A DNA stretch of 64,000 bases from Eledone cirrhosa (taxonomy: Eukaryota). Numbering within the stretch: position 1 is the stretch's first letter; every line of letters begins with the position of its first letter. The position numbers and the translations under genes were made by a program. The notes under the pieces were generated by a model. That model was not told where the DNA came from. It saw only the letters and a list, made by a program, of their open reading frames with translations, and made no database searches. Of the stretch, positions 1 through 14,658 are shown one piece after another. The DNA lies in contig OZ024744.1 of the NCBI GenBank assembly GCA_964016885.1, positions 91,016,001-91,080,000 on the forward strand. The letters run 5' to 3'.

Positions 1-3000
1 GTATGTGTGAGTGTCTTTCTCTATGTGTGTATGTGTGTGTGTCTTTCTCTATGTGTGTATGTGTGTGTGTCTTTCTCTATGTTTGTATGTGTATGTGTGT
101 CTTTCTATGTTTGTATGTGTGTCTTTCTCTATGTTTGTATGTGTGTGTGTGTCTTTCTCTATGTTTGTATGTGTGTGTGTGTCTTTCTCTATGTGTATGT
201 GTGTGTGTCTTTCTCTATGTTTGTATGTGTGTGTGTCTTTCTCTATGTGTATGTGTGTGTGTGTCTTTATGTTTGTATGTGTGTGTGTGTCTTTCTGTTT
301 GTATGTGTGTGTGTGGCTTTCTGTTTGTATGTGTGTGTGTGTCTTTCTCTATGTTTCTATGTGTGTGTGTCTTTCTCTATGTTTGTATGTGTGTGTGTCT
401 TTCTCCATGTGTATGTCTGTGTGTCTTTCTCTATGTTTGTATGTGTGTGTGTCTTTCTCTATGTTTGTATGTGTGTGTGTGTCTTTCTCTATGTTTGTAT
501 GTGTGTGTGTGTCTTTCTCTATGTTTGTATGTGTGTGTGTCTTTCTCTATGTTTGTATGTGTGTGTGTGTCTTTCTCTATGTTTGTATGTGTGTGTGTCT
601 TTCTCTATGTTTGTATGTGTGTGTGTCTTTCTCTATATGTATGTGTGTGTGTCTTTCTCTATATGTGTATGCGTGTGTGTCTTTCTCTATATGTGTGTGT
701 GTGTGTCTTTCTCTATGTGTATGTGTGTGCGTCTTTCTCTATGTTTCTATGTGTGTGTGTCTTTCTCTATGTGTATGTGTGTGTCTTTCTCTATGTTTGT
801 ATGTGTGTGTGTCTTTCTCTATGTGTATGTGTGTGGGTCTTTCTCTATGTATGTGTGTGTGTGTCTTTCTCTATGTGTGTATGGGTGTGTGTCTTTCTCT
901 ATGTTTGTATGTGTGTGTGTCTTTCTCTATGTTTGTATGCGTGTGTGTGTCATTCTCTATGTGTGTATGTGTGTGTGTATTTCTATGTTTGTATGTGTGT
1001 GTGTCTTTCTCTATGTTTGTATGTGTGTGTGTGTCTTTATGTTTGTATGTGTGTGTGTGTCTTTATGTTTGTATGTGTATGTGTGTCTTTCTCGGTTTGT
1101 ATGTGTGTGTCTTTCTCTATGTTTGTATGTGTGTGTATCTTTCTCTATGTGTATATCTTTCTCTATGTTTGTATGTGTTTGTGTGTCTTTCTCTCTGTGT
1201 ATGTGTGTGTGTCTTTATCTATGTTTGTATGTGTGTCTGTGTCTTTCTCTATGTGTATATATGTGTGTGTCTTTCGCTAGGTTTGTATGTGTGTGTGTCT
1301 TTCTCTATGTTTGTATGTGTGTGTGTGTCTTTCTCTATGTTTGTATGTGTGTGTGTGTGTCTTTCTCTATGTGTATGTGTGTGTGTCTTTCTCTATGTTT
1401 GTATGCGTGAGTGTCTTTCTCTATATGTGTATGTGTGTGTGTGTCTTTCTCTATGTGTGTGTGTGTGTCTTTCTCTATGTTTGTATGTGTGTGTGTGTCT
1501 TTCTCTATGTGTATGTGTGTGTGTGTCTTTCTCTATGTTTTTATGTGTGTGTGTGTCTTTCTCTATGTGTATGTGTGTGTGTCTTTCTCTATGTTTGTAT
1601 GCGTGAGTGTCTTTCTCTATATGTGTATGTGTGTGTGTGTCTTTCTCTATGTGTGTGTGTGTGTCTTTCTCTATGTTTGTATGTGTGTGTGTGTCTTTCT
1701 CTATGTGTATGTGTGTGTGTGTCTTTCTCTATGTTTGTATGTGTGTGTGTCTTTATGTGTATGTGTGTGGGTCTTTCTCTATGTATATGTGTGTATGTCT
1801 TTCTCTATGTTTGTATGTGTGTGTCTTTCTCTATGTGTATGTGTGTGTGTGTCTTTCTCTATATATGTATGCGTGTGTGTCTTTCTCTATATGTGTGTGT
1901 GTCTTTCTTTATGTTTGTATGTGTGTGTCTTTCTCTATGTGTGTATGGGTGTGTGTCTTTCTCTATGTTTGTATGTGTGTGTGTCTTTCTCTATGTTTGT
2001 ATGTGTGTGTGTGTCTTTCTCTATGTTTGTATGTGTGTGTGTGTGTCTTTCTCTATGTGTATTTGTGTGTGTCTTTCTCTATGTTTGTATGCGTGAGTGT
2101 CTTTCTCTATATGTGTATGTGTGTGTGTGTCTTTCTCTATGTGTGTGTGTGTGTCTTTCTCTATGTTTGTATGTGTGTGTGTGTCTTTCTCTATGTTTGT
2201 ATGCGTGAGTGTCTTTCTCTATATGTGTATGTGTGTGTGTGTCTTTCTCTATGTGTGTGTGTGTGTCTTTCTCTATGTTTGTATGTGTGTGTCTTTCTCT
2301 ATGTGTATGTGTGTGTGTGTCTTTCTCTATGTGTGTATGGGTGTGTGTCTTTCTCTATGTTTGTACGTGTGTGTGTCTTTCTCTATGTTTGTATGCGTGT
2401 GAGTGTCTTTCTCTATGTTTGTATGTGTATGTGTGTGTGTCTTTCTCTATGTGTGTATGTGTGGGTGTCTTTCTCTATGTGTATATGTGTGTGTCTTTCT
2501 CTATGTGTATGTGTGTGTGTCTTTCTCTATATGTGTATGCGTGTGTGTCTTTCTCTATATGTGTGTGTGTCTTTCTTTATGTTTGTATGTGTGTGTCATT
2601 CTCTGTGTGTATGTGTGTGTGTCTTTCTCTATGTGTGTATGTGTGTGTGTCTTTCTCTATGTTTGTATGTGTGTGTGTGTTTTTCTCTATATTTGTATGT
2701 GTGTGTGTCTTTCTCTATGTTTGAATGTGTGTGTGTGTCTTTCTCTATGTTTGTATGTGTGTGTGTGTCTTTCTCTATGTTTGTATGTGTGTGTGTGTCT
2801 TTATCTATGTTTGTATGTGTGTGTGTCTTTCTCTATGTTTGTATGTGTGTGTGTCTTTCTCTGTTTGTATGTGTGTGTGTGTCTTTCTCTACGTGTATAT
2901 GTGTGTGTCTTTCTCTATGTGTATGTGTGTGTGTGTCTTTCTCTATGTGTGTAAGTGTGTGTGTGTCTTTCTCTATGTTTGTATGTGTGTGTCTTTCTCT

Positions 3001-6000
3001 ATGTATGTATGTGTGTGTGTCTTTCTCTATGTGTATGTGTGTGTGTGTCTTTCTCTATGTTTGTATGTGTGTGTGTCTCTATGTTTGTATGTGTGTGTGT
3101 GTCTTTCTCTATGTGTATGTTTGTGTGTATTTCTCTATGTTTGTATGTGTGCGTGAGTCTTTCTCTATGTTTGTATGTGTGCATGTGTCTTTCTCTGTTT
3201 GTATGTTTGTGTCTTTCTCTATGTGTATGTGTGTGTGTGTCTTTCTCTATGTTTGTATGTGTGAGTGCGTCTTTCTCTATGTGTATGTGTGTGTGTCTTT
3301 CTCTATGTTTGTATGTGTGTGTGTGTGTCTTTCTCTATGTGTATGTGTGTGTGTGTGTGTGTGTCTTTCTCTATGTGTATGTGTCTTTCTCTATGTGTGT
3401 ATATGTGTGTGTGTCTTTCTCTATGTGTATGTGTGTATGTGTCTTTCTCTATGTGTGTGTGTGTGTGTCTTTCTCGATGTGTATGTGTGTGTGTCTTTCT
3501 CTATGTCTGTATGTGTGTGTGTATCTTTCTCTATGTGTATGTGTGTGTGTGTGTTTGTCTTTCTCTATGTGTACGTGTGTGTGTCTTTCTCTATGGGTGT
3601 ATGTGTGTGTGTGTCTTTCTCTATGTTTGTATGTGTGTGTGTGTCTTTCTCTATTTGTGTATGTGTGTGTGTCTTTCTCTATGTTTGTATGTGTGTGTGT
3701 GTGTCTTTCTCTATGTGTATGTGTGTGTAACTGTCTATGTTTGTATGTGTGTGTGTGTCTTTCTCTATGTTTGTATGTGTGTGTCTTTCTCTATGTTTGT
3801 ATGTGTGTGTGTCTTTCTCTATGTGTATGTGTTTGTGTCTTTCTCTATGTGTGTATGTGTATTTCTCTATGTGTATGTGTGTGTGTCTTTCTCTATGTGT
3901 GTATGTGTGTGTGTGTCTTTCTCTATGTGTATGTGTGAGTGTCTTTCTCTATGTGTGTATGTGTGTGTGTCTTTCTCTATGTGTGTATGTGTGTGTGTCT
4001 TTATGTTTGTATGTGTATGTGTGTCTTTCTATGTTTGTATGTGTGTCTTTCTCTATGTGTATGTGTGTGTGTCTTTCTCTATGTTTGTATGTGTGTGTGT
4101 CTTTCTCTATGTGTATGTGTGTGTGTGTCTTTATGTTTGTATGTGTGTGTGTGTCTTTCTGTTTGTATGTGTGTGTGTGGCTTTCTGTTTGTATGTGTGT
4201 GTGTGTCTTTCTCTATGTTTCTATGTGTGTGTGTCTTTCTCTATGTTTGTATGTGTGTGTGTCTTTCTCCATGTGTATGTCTGTGTGTCTTTCTCTATGT
4301 GTATGTGTGTGTGTCTTTCTCTATGTTTGTATGTGTGTGTGTGTCTTTCTCTATGTTTGTATGTGTGTGTGTGTCTTTCTCTGTTTGTATGTGTGTGTGT
4401 CTTTCTCTATGTTTGTATGTGTGTGTGTGTCTTTCTCTATGTTTGTATGTGTGTGTGTCTTTCTCTATGTTTGTATGTGTGTGTGTCTTTCTCTATGTTT
4501 GTATGTGTGTGTGTCTTTCTCTATGTGTACGTGTGTGTGTCTTTCTCTATGTGTGTATGTGTGTGTGTGTCTTTCTCTATGTTTGTATGTGTGCGTATCT
4601 TTCTCTATGTTTGTATGTGTGTGTGTCTTTCTCTATGTTTATATGTGTGTGTGTCTTTATGTTTGTATGTGTGTCTGTGTCTTTCTCTATGTGTATGTGT
4701 GTGTGTGTCTTTATGTTTGTATGTGTGTGTGTGTCTTTCTCTATGTTTGTATGTGTGCGTGTCTTTCTCTATGTTTGTATGTGTGTGTGTCTTTCTCTAT
4801 GTTTATATGTGTGTGTGTCTTTATGTTTGTATGTGTGTCTGTGTCTTTCTCTATGTGTATGTGTGTGTGTGTCTTTCTTTATGTTTGTATGTGTGTGTGT
4901 GTCTTTCTCTATGTTTGTATGTGTGCGTGTCTTTCTCTATGTTTGTATGTGTGTGTGTCTTTCTCTATGTGTGTATGTGTGTGTGTCTTTATGTTTGTAT
5001 GTGTGTGTGTGTCTTTCTCTGTTTGTCTGTGTGTGTGTCTTTATGTTTGTATGTGCGTGTGTGTCTTTCTCTATGTTTGTATGTGTGTGTGTCTTTCTCT
5101 ATGTTTGTATGTGTGTGTGTCTTTATGTTTGTATGTGTGTGTGTCTTTATGTTTGTATGTGTGTGTGTCTTTCTCTGTTTGTATGTGTGTGTGTCTTTCT
5201 TTATGTGTGTATGTGTGTGTGTCTGTGTGTGTCTTTCTCTATGTGTATGTGTGTGTGTCTTTCTCTATGTTTGTATGTGTGTGTGTGTCTTTCTCCATGT
5301 TTGTATGTGTGTGTGTGTCTTTCGCTATGTTTGTATGTGTGTGTGTCTTTCTCTGTTTGTATGTGTGTCTTTCTCTATGTGTATGTGTGTGTCTTTCTCT
5401 ATGTGTGTATGTGTGTGTGTGTGTCTTTCTCCATGTTTGTATGTGTGTGTGTCACTCTATGTTTCTATGTGTGTGTGTCTTTCTCTGTTTTATATGTGTG
5501 TGTGTCTTTCTCTATGTGTATGTGTGTGTATCTGTCTATGTTTGTATGTGTGTGTGTATCTTTCTCTATGTTTGTATGTGTGTGTGTGTCTTTCTCTATT
5601 TTTGTATGTGTGTGTGTGTCTTTATCTATATTTGTATGTGTGTGTGTCTTTCTCTATGTTTGTATGTGTCTGTGCGTCTTTCTCTATGTGTATGTGTGTC
5701 TTTCTCTATGTTTGTATGTGTGTGTGTGTCTTTCTCTATGTGTATGTGTGTGTGTGTCTTTCTCTATGTGTATGTGTGTGTGTCTTTCTCTATGTGTGTA
5801 TGTGTGTGCGTGTGTCTTTCTCTATGTGTATGTGTGTGTGTGTCTTTCTCTATGTGTGTATGTGTGTGTGTGTGTCTTTCTCTATGTGTGTATGTGTGTG
5901 TGTGTCTTTCTCTACGTGTATGTGTGTGTGTCTTTCTATGTGTGTATGTGTGTGTGTGTCTTTATCTATGTTTGTGTGTGTGTGTGTCTTTCTCTATGTT

Positions 6001-9000
6001 TGTATGTGTGTGTGTCTTTCACTATGTGTGTATGTGTGGCTTTCTCTATGTTTGTATGTGTGTGTGTGTCTTTCTCTGTGTGTATGTGTGTGTGTCTTTC
6101 TCTATGTTTGTATGTGTGAGTATGTCTTTCTCTATGTGTATGTGTGTGTATCTGTCTATGTTTGTATGTGTGTGTGTGTCTTTCTCTATGTTTGTATGTG
6201 TGTGTCTTTCTCTATGTTTGTATGTGTGTGTGTCTTTCTCTATGTGTATGTGTGTGTGTCTTTCTCTATGTGTGTATGTGTGTGTGTGCCTTTCTCTATG
6301 TGTATGTGTGTGTGTCTTTCTCTATGTTTGTATGTGTGTGTGTGTCTTTCTCTATGTGTATATGTGTGTGTGTCTTTCTCTGTGTGTATGTGTGTGTGTC
6401 TTTCTCTATGTTTGTATGTGTATGTGTGTGTGTCTTTCTATGTTTGTATGTGTGTGTGTGTGTATTTCTCTATTTTTGTATGTGTGTGTGTGTCTTTCTC
6501 TATGTGTATGTGTGTGTGTCTTTCTCTATGTTTGTATGTGTGTGTGTGTCTTTCTCTATGTTTGTATGTGTGTGTGTGTCTTTCTCTATGTTTGTATGTG
6601 TGTGTGTCTTTCTCTATGTGTATGTGTGTGTGTGTCTTTATGTTTGTATGTGTGTGTGTGTCTTTCTGTTTGTATCTGTGTGTGTGTCTTTCTGTTTGTA
6701 TGTGTGTGTGTCTTTCTCTATGTTTCTATGTGTGTGTGTCTTTCTCTATGTTTCTATGTGTGTGTGTCTTTCTCCATATGTATGTGTGTGTCTTTCTCTA
6801 TGTGTATGTGTGTGTGTGTCTTTCTCTATGTGTATGTGTGTGTGTGTGTCTTTCTCTATGTGTATGTGTGTGTGTCTTTCTCTATGTTTGTATGTGTGTG
6901 TGTGTCTTTCTCTATGTTTGTATGTGTGTGTGTGTCTTTCTCTATGTTTGTATGTGTGTGTGTCTTTCTCTATGTTTGTATGTGTGTGTGTGTCTTTCTC
7001 TGTTTGTATGTGTGTGTGTCTTTCTCTATGTTTGTATGTGTGTGTGTCTTTATGTTTGTACGTGTGTCTGTGTCTTTCTCTATGTGTATGAGTGCGTGTC
7101 TTTCTCTATGTTTGTATGCGTGTGTGTCTTTCTCTATGTGTATGTGTGTGTGTGTCTTTCCCTATGTGTGTGTGTGTGTGTCTTTCTTTATGTTTGTATG
7201 TGTGTGTGTGTCTTTCTCTATGTTTGTATGTGTGTGTGTATTTCTCTGTGTACGTGTGTGTGTCTTTCTCTATGTGTGTATGTGTGTGTGTGTCTTTCTC
7301 TATGTTTGTATGTGTGTGTGTCTTTCTCTATGTTTGTATGTGTGTGTGTGTCTTTCTCTATGTTTGTATGTGTGTGTGTGTCTTTCTCTGTTTGTATGTG
7401 TGTGTGTCTTTCTCAATGTTTGTATGTGTGTGTGTCTTTCTTTATGTGTGTATGTAGTGTGTGTCTTTCTCTATGTGTATGTGTGTGTGTCTTTCACTAT
7501 GTTTGTATGTGTGTGTGTCTTTCTCTATGTTTGTATGTGTGTGTGTCTTTCTCTATGTTTGTATGTGTGTGTCTTTCTCTATGTTTGTATGTGTGTGTGT
7601 GTCTTTCTCTATGTGTATGTGTGTGTGTCTTTCTCTATGTATATGTGTGTGTGTCTTTCTCTATGTGTATGTGTGTGTAACTGTCTCTATGTTTGTATGT
7701 GTGTGCGTCTTTCTCTATGTGTATGTGTGTGTGTCTTTCTCTATGTGTATGTGTGTGTGTCTTTATGTGTATGTGTGTGTGTCTTTCTCTATGTGTATGT
7801 GTGTGTGTCTTTATGTGTATGTGTGTGTCTTTCTCTATGTGTGTAGGTGTGTGTGTCTTTCTCTATGTTTGTATGTGTGTGTGTCTTTCTCTATCTGTGT
7901 ATGTGTGTGTGTCTTTCTCTATGTTTGTATGTGTGTGTGTCTTTATGTTTGTATGTGTGTGTGTCTTTCTCTGTTTGTATGTGTGTGTGTCTTTCGCTAT
8001 GTTTGTATGTGTGTGTGTCTTTCTCTGTTTGTATGTGTGCCTTTCTCTATGTGTATGTGTGTGTCTTTCTCTATGTGTGTATGTGTGTTTGTGTGTCTTT
8101 CTCCATGTTTGTATGTGTGTGTGTCACTCTATGTTTGTATGTGTGTGTGTCTTTCTCCATGTTTGTATGTGTGTGTGTCACTCTATGTTTGTATGTGTGT
8201 GTGTCTTTCTCTGTTTTATATGTGTGTGTGTCTTTCTCTATGTGTATGTGTGTTTTTCTGTCTATGTTTGTATGTGTGTGTGTATCTTTCTCTATGTTTG
8301 TATGTGTGTGTGTGTCTTTCTCTATTTTTGTATGTGTGTGTGCGTCTTTATCTATATTTGTATGTGTGTGTGTCTTTCTCTATGTTTGTATGTGTGTGTG
8401 TCTTTCTCTGTTTGTATGTGTGTGTGTGTCTGTCTCTATGTGTGTAAGTGTGTGTGTGTCTTTCTCTATGTGTGTATGTGTGTGTGCATCTTTCTCTATG
8501 TGTATGTGTGTGTCTTTCTCTATGTTTGTATGTGTGTGTGTGTCTTTCTCTATGTGTATGTGTGTATGTGTCTTTCTCTATGTGTATGTGTGTGTCTTTC
8601 TCTATGTGTGTATGTGTGTGTGTGTGTCTTTCTCTATGTGTATGTGTGTGTGTGTCTTTCTCTATGTGTGTATGTGTGTGTGTGTGTGTCTTTCTCTATG
8701 TGTGTATGTGTGTGTGTGTCTTTCTCTATGTGTATGTGTGTGTGTCTTTCTCTATGTTTGTATGTGTGTGTTTGTCTTTCTCTATGTGTATGTGTGTGTG
8801 TCTTTCTCTATGTGTGTATGTGTGTGTGTGTCTTTATCTATGTTTGTGTGTGTGTGTGTGTGTCTTTCTCTATGTTTGCATGTGTGTGTGTCTTTCTCTA
8901 TGTGTGTATGTGTGTGTGTCTTTATGTTTGTATGTGTGTGTGTGTCTTTCTCTGTGTGTATGTGTGTGTGTCTTTCTGTATGTTTGTATGTGTGAGTCTG

Positions 9001-12000
9001 TCTTTCTCTATGTGTATGTGTGTGTATCTGTCTATGTTTGTATGTGTGTGTGTGTCTTTCTCTATGTTTGTATGTGTGTGTCTTTCTCTATGTTTGTATG
9101 TGTGTGTGTCTTTCTCTATGTGTATGTGTGTGTGTCTTTCTCTATGTGTGTATGTGTATGTGTGTGTGTCTTTATGTTTGTATGTGTGTGTGTGTATTTC
9201 TCTATGTTTGTATGTGTGTGTGTGTCTTTCTCTATGTGTATGTGTGTGTGTCTTTCTCTATGTTTGTATGTGTGTGTGTGTCTTTCTCTATGTTTGTATG
9301 TGTGTGTGTGTCTTTCTCTATGTTTGTATGTGTGTGTGTGTCTTTCTCTATGTTTGTATGTGTGTGTGTGTCTTTCTCTATGTTTGTATGTGTGTGTCTT
9401 TCTCTATGTGTATGTGTGTGTGTGTCTTTATGTTTGTATGTGTGTGTGTGTCTTTCTGTTTGTATGTGTGTGTGTGTCTTTCTGTTTGTATGTGTGTGTG
9501 TCTTTCTCTATGTTTCTATGTGTGTGTGTCTTTCTCCATATGTATGTGTGTGTCTTTCTCTATGTGCATGTGTGTGTGTGTCTTTCTCTATGTGTATGTG
9601 TGTGTGTCTTTCTCTATGTTTGTATGTGTGTGTGTGTCTTTCTCTATGTTTGTATGTGTGTGTCTTTCTCTATGTTTGTATGTGTGTGTGTCTTTCTCTG
9701 TTTGTATGTGTGTGTGTGTCTTTCTCTATGTTTGTATGTGTGTGTGTCTTTCTCTATGTTTGTATGTGTGTGTGTGTTTCTCTATGTTTGTATGTGTGTG
9801 TGTCTTTCTCTATGTTTGTATGTGTGTGTGTCTTTATGTTTGTATGTGTGTCTGTGTCTTTCTCTATGTGTATGCGTGCGTGTCTTTCTCTATGTTTGTA
9901 TGCGTGTGTGTCTTTCTCTATGTGTATGTGTGTGTGTGTCTTTCCCTATGTGTATGTGTGTGTGTGTCTTTCTTTATGTTTGTATGTGTGTGTGTGTCTT
10001 TCTCTATGTTTGTATGTGTGTGTGTCTTTCTCTATGTTTGTATGTGTGTGTGTCTTTCTCTATGTTTGTATGTGTGTGTGTCTTTATGTTTGTATGTGTG
10101 TGTGTGTCTTTCTCTGTTTGTATGTGTGTGTGTCTTTATGTTTGTATGTGCGTGTGTGTCTTTCTCTATGTTTGTATGTGTGTGTGTGTGTCTTTCTCTA
10201 TGTTTGTATGTGTCTGTGTATTTCTCTGTGTACGTGTGTGTCTTTCTCTATGTTTGTATGTGTGTGTGTCTTTCTCTATGTTTGTGTGTGTGTGTCTTTC
10301 TCTGTTTGTATGTGTGTGTGTCTTTCTCAATGTTTGTATGTGTGTGTGTCTTTCTTTATGTGTGTATGTAGTGTGTGTCTTTCTCTATGTGTATGTGTGT
10401 GTGTCTTTCTCTATGTTTGTATGTGTGTGTGTCTTTCTCTATGTTTGTATGTGTGTGTCTTTCTCTATGTTTGTATGTGTGTGTGTGTCTTTGTGTATGT
10501 GTGTGTGTCTTTCTCTATGTATATGTGTGTGTGTCTTTCTCTATGTGTATGTGTGTGTAACTGTCTCTATGTTTGTATGTGTGTGTGTCTTTCTCTATAT
10601 GTATGTGTGTGTGTCTTTCTCTATGTGTATGTGTGTGTGTCTTTCTCTATGTGTATGTGTGTGTCTTTCTCTATGTTTGTATGTGTGTGTGTCTTTCTCT
10701 ATGTTTGTATGTGTGTGTGTCTTTCTCTATCTGTGTATGTGTGTGTGTGTCTTTCTCTATGTTTGTATGTGTGTGTGTCTTTCTCTGTTTGTATGTGTGT
10801 GTGTGTCTTTCTCTATGTTTGTATGTGTGTGTGTGTCTTTCTCTATGTTTGTATGTGTGTGTGTCTTTCTCTATGTGTATGTGTGTGTGTCTTTCTCTAT
10901 GTGTATGTGTGTGTGTGTCTTTCTCTATGTGTATGTGTGTGTGTGTCTTTCTCTATGTGTATGTGTGTGTGTCTTTCTCTATGTTTGTATGTGTGTGTGT
11001 GTCTTTCTCTATGTTTGTATGTGTGTGTGTCTTTCTCTGTTTGTATGTGTGTGTGTGTCTTTCTCTATGTTTGTATGTGTGTGTGTCTTGCTCTATGTTT
11101 GTATGTGTGTGTGTCTTTCTCTATGTTTGTATGTGTGTGTGTCTTTCTCTATGTTTGTATGTGTGTGTGTCTTTCTCTATGTTTGTATGTGTGTGTGTCT
11201 TTATGTTTGTATGTGTGTCTGTGTCTTTCTCTATGTGTATGCGTGCGTGTCTTTCTCTATGTTTGTATGCGTGTGTGTCTTTCTCTATGTGTATGTGTGT
11301 GTGTGTCTTTCCCTATGTGTATGTGTGTGTGTGTCTTTCTTTATGTTTGTATGTGTGTGTGTGTCTTTCTCTATGTTTGTATGTGTGTGTGTCTTACTCT
11401 ATGTTTGTATGTGTGTGTGTCTTTCTCTATGTTTGTATGTGTGTGTGTCTTTATGTTTGTATGTGTGTGTGTGTCTTTCTCTGTTTGTATGTGTGTGTGT
11501 CTTTATGTTTGTATGTGCGTGTGTGTCTTTCTCTATGTTTGTATGTGTGTGTGTGTGTCTTTCTCTATGTTTGTATGTGTGTGTGTATTTCTCTGTGTAC
11601 GTGTGTGTGTCTTTCTCTATGTTTGTATGTGTGTGTGTCTTTCTCTATGTTTGTATGTGTGTGTGTGTCTTTCTCTGTTTGTATGTGTGTGTGTCTTTCT
11701 CAATGTTTGTATGTGTGTGTGTCTTTCTTTATGTGTGTATGTAGTGTGTGTCTTTCTCTATGTGTATGTGTGTGTGTCTTTCTCTATGTTTGTATGTGTG
11801 TGTCTTTCTCTATGTTTGTATGTGTGTGTGTGTCTTTCTCTATGTGTATGTGTGTGTGTCTTTCTCTATGTATATGTGTGTGTGTCTTTCTCTATGTGTA
11901 TGTGTGTGTAACTGTCTCTATGTTTCTATGTGTGTGTGTCTTTCTCTATGTGTATGTGTGTGTGTCTTTCTCTATGTGTATGTGTGTGTCTTTCTCTATG

Positions 12001-13380
12001 TGTGTATGTGTGTGTGTCTTTCTCTATGTTTGTATGTGTGTGTGTCTTTCTCTATCTGTGTATGTGTGTGTGTCTTTCTCTATGTTTGTATGTGTGTGTG
12101 TCTTTCTTTATGTGTATGTGTGTGTGTATTTCCCTATGTTTGTATGTGCGTGTGTGTCTTTCTCTATGTGTGTATGTGTGTGTGTCTTTATCTATGTTTG
12201 TATGTGTGTGTGTCTTTCTCAATGTTTGTATGTGTGTGCGTCTTTATCTATGTTTGTATGTGTGTGTGTATTTCTCTATGTTTGTATGTGCATGTGTGTC
12301 TTTCTCTATCTGTGTATGTGTGTGTGTCTTTCTCTATGTTTGTATGTGTGTGTGTCTTTCTCTATGTTTGTATGTGCGTGTGTGTCTTTCTCTATGTGTG
12401 TATGTGTGTGTGTCTCTATCTATGTTTGTATGTGTGTGTGTCTTTCTCTATGTGTATGTGTGTGTCTCTTTCTCTATGTGTATGTGTGTGTGTCTTTCTC
12501 TATGTGTATGTGTGTGTCTTTCTCTATGTGTGTATGTGTGTGTGTGTCTTTCTCTATGTTTGTATGTGTGTGTGTCTTTCTCTATGTTTGTATGTGTGTG
12601 TGTGTCTTTCTCTATGTGTACGTGTGTGTGTCTTTCTCTATGTTTGTATGTGTGTGTGTGTCTTTCTCTATGTTTGTATGTGTGTGTGTCTTTGTCTATA
12701 TTTCTATGTGTGTGTGTGTGTGTCTTTCTCTATGTTTGTATGTGTGTGTCTTTCTCTATGTGTATGTGTGTGTGTCTTTCTCTATGTTTGTATGTGCGTG
12801 TGTGTCTTTCTCTATGTGTGTATGTGTCTTTCTCTATGTTTGTATGTGTGAGTATTTCTCTATGTGTATGTGTGTGTGTGTCTTTCTCTATGTGTATGTG
12901 TGTGTGTCTTTCTCTATGTTTGTATGTGTGTGTGTGTCTTTCTCTGTGTGTATGTGTGTGTGTCTTTCTCTATGTTTGTATGTGTGTGTGTCTTTCTCTA
13001 TGCGTGTATGTGTGTGTGTCTTTCTCTATGTTTGTATGTGTATGTGTGTGTCTTTCTCTATGTTTGTATGTGTGTGTGTCTTTCGCTATGTGTATGTGTG
13101 TGTGTGTCTTTCTCTATGTGTATGTGTCTGTGTCTTTCTCTATGTTTGTATGTGTATGTGTGTGTCTTTCTCTATGTGTATGTGTGTGTGTGTGTCTTTC
13201 TCTATGTGTATGTGTGTGTGTGTATCTTTCTCTATGTTTGTATGTGTTTGTGTCTTTCTTTATGTGTGTATGTGTGTCTGTGTGTGTATCTTTCTCTATG
13301 TGTATGTGTGTGTGTCTTTCTCTATGTTTGTATGTGTGTGTGTCTTTCTCTATGTGTATGTGTGTGTGTGTCTTGTGTAT
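1..13380. repeat. GT-rich satellite/minisatellite array, unit about 26-32 bp: CTTTCTCTAT-GT(T/G)TGTAT-(GT)n
   Basis: Hundreds of head-to-tail copies of gtctttctctatgtttgtatgtgtgtgt with variable (GT)n length. The array runs off the left edge of the window. The near absence of stop codons on + explains the giant spurious ORFs. Confidence 0.97.
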
Positions 13381-14230
13381 GTATGTATGTTTATGTGTAT
13401 GAGTTTGTGCGTGCATGAATGTGTGATTGTGAGTGCATGTGTATATGTTCGTGTGTTTATGTATGAGTTTGTGTCAACGCTTGTATGTGTATGTATGTGT
13501 GTTTATGTTTGTCTATGTGTTTGTGGATGTGTTTATGTGTGTATGAGTTTGTGTGTGTGTCTGTGCATGAGTGTGTGATTGTGAATATGTGTGTGTGTGT
13601 GTATGTTTATGTGTTTTAATGTTTGAATGTGTGTGAGTGTGTGCACATGAGTTTGTAAGTATGCATGAGTATGTGTATGTATGTGTATGTATGTTTATGT
13701 GTGCATGAGTATTAGTGTGTGTGTGTGTATGTTTATGTGTGCATGAGTATTAGTGTGTGTGTGTGTGTATGTGTTTTTTATATGTGCATGAGTTTGTCTG
13801 GTAATATTTGTGTGTGTGATTCCATGTGTGTGCATGAGTTTGTGTTAATATTTGTGTGTGTATGAATTTGAGTGTGTGTGAGTGTGTGTATGTGTGTTTA
13901 TGTGTGCATGAGCTTGTGAGTTAATGTTTGAGCGTGTGATTATGTCTATGTGTGTGTATGTTTATGTATGTGCACTCGTCTGTGCGGGTGTGTGCATGAG
14001 TATGTCATTGTATATATATGTTTATGTGTGCATTAATGTGTGTGTGTGTGTGTGCTTGAGTATGCGTGTATGTATGTTTAAGCGTGCATGAGTGTGTGTG
14101 TGTTTATGTATGTATGTGTATGTGTGTTTAAGCGTGTATGTGTTAGTGCGTTAATTAATGATTGAGCGTGATTATGTGTATGTATATATGTTCATGCGTG
14201 TTCCTGTATGTGTGTGGGGTATGTGTGGGG
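13381..14230. repeat. Degenerate (TG)n/(TATG)n microsatellite
   Basis: Low-complexity TG-rich sequence adjoining the satellite. Confidence 0.9.
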
Positions 14231-14327
14231 CGGGGGGAGGGGTATTGACATGCAAGCTGTCACAATGTTTCTAATTGATAAACATCTATGTGTGGTACCA
14301 TGTTTATAGAATCTTCTCAACATACTT

Positions 14328-14570
14328 CTATCATCACCATCGTTGTCATCATCATAATAACCATTGTCATCATCATCATCATCATCATCATCATAATAAT
14401 CATCATCACCAATACCATTATCATCAATATCACCATCAACATAATAATAATCACCATCATCATCACCATCGTCTTCATCATGATCATCATCATGATCACC
14501 ACCATTATCATCATCACCACCATTATCATCATCACCACCACCATCGTCATCACCATCACCATTATAATAT
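14328..14570. repeat. Degenerate (CAT/CAC)n trinucleotide repeat
   Basis: catcatcac runs; the source of the poly-His and poly-Ile ORFs. Confidence 0.9.
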
Positions 14571-14615
14571 TTGTTATTATAAAATCTTTTTTCCTATTTC
14601 TAACATTAGAAAAAG

Positions 14616-14656
<41 letters not shown>

Positions 14657-14658
<2 letters not shown>

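Noticed and set aside
3-13578. Giant Cys/Val-rich ORFs (up to 1471 aa)
   Set aside because: All three + frames are open because the satellite lacks stop codons; there is no evidence of coding selection.
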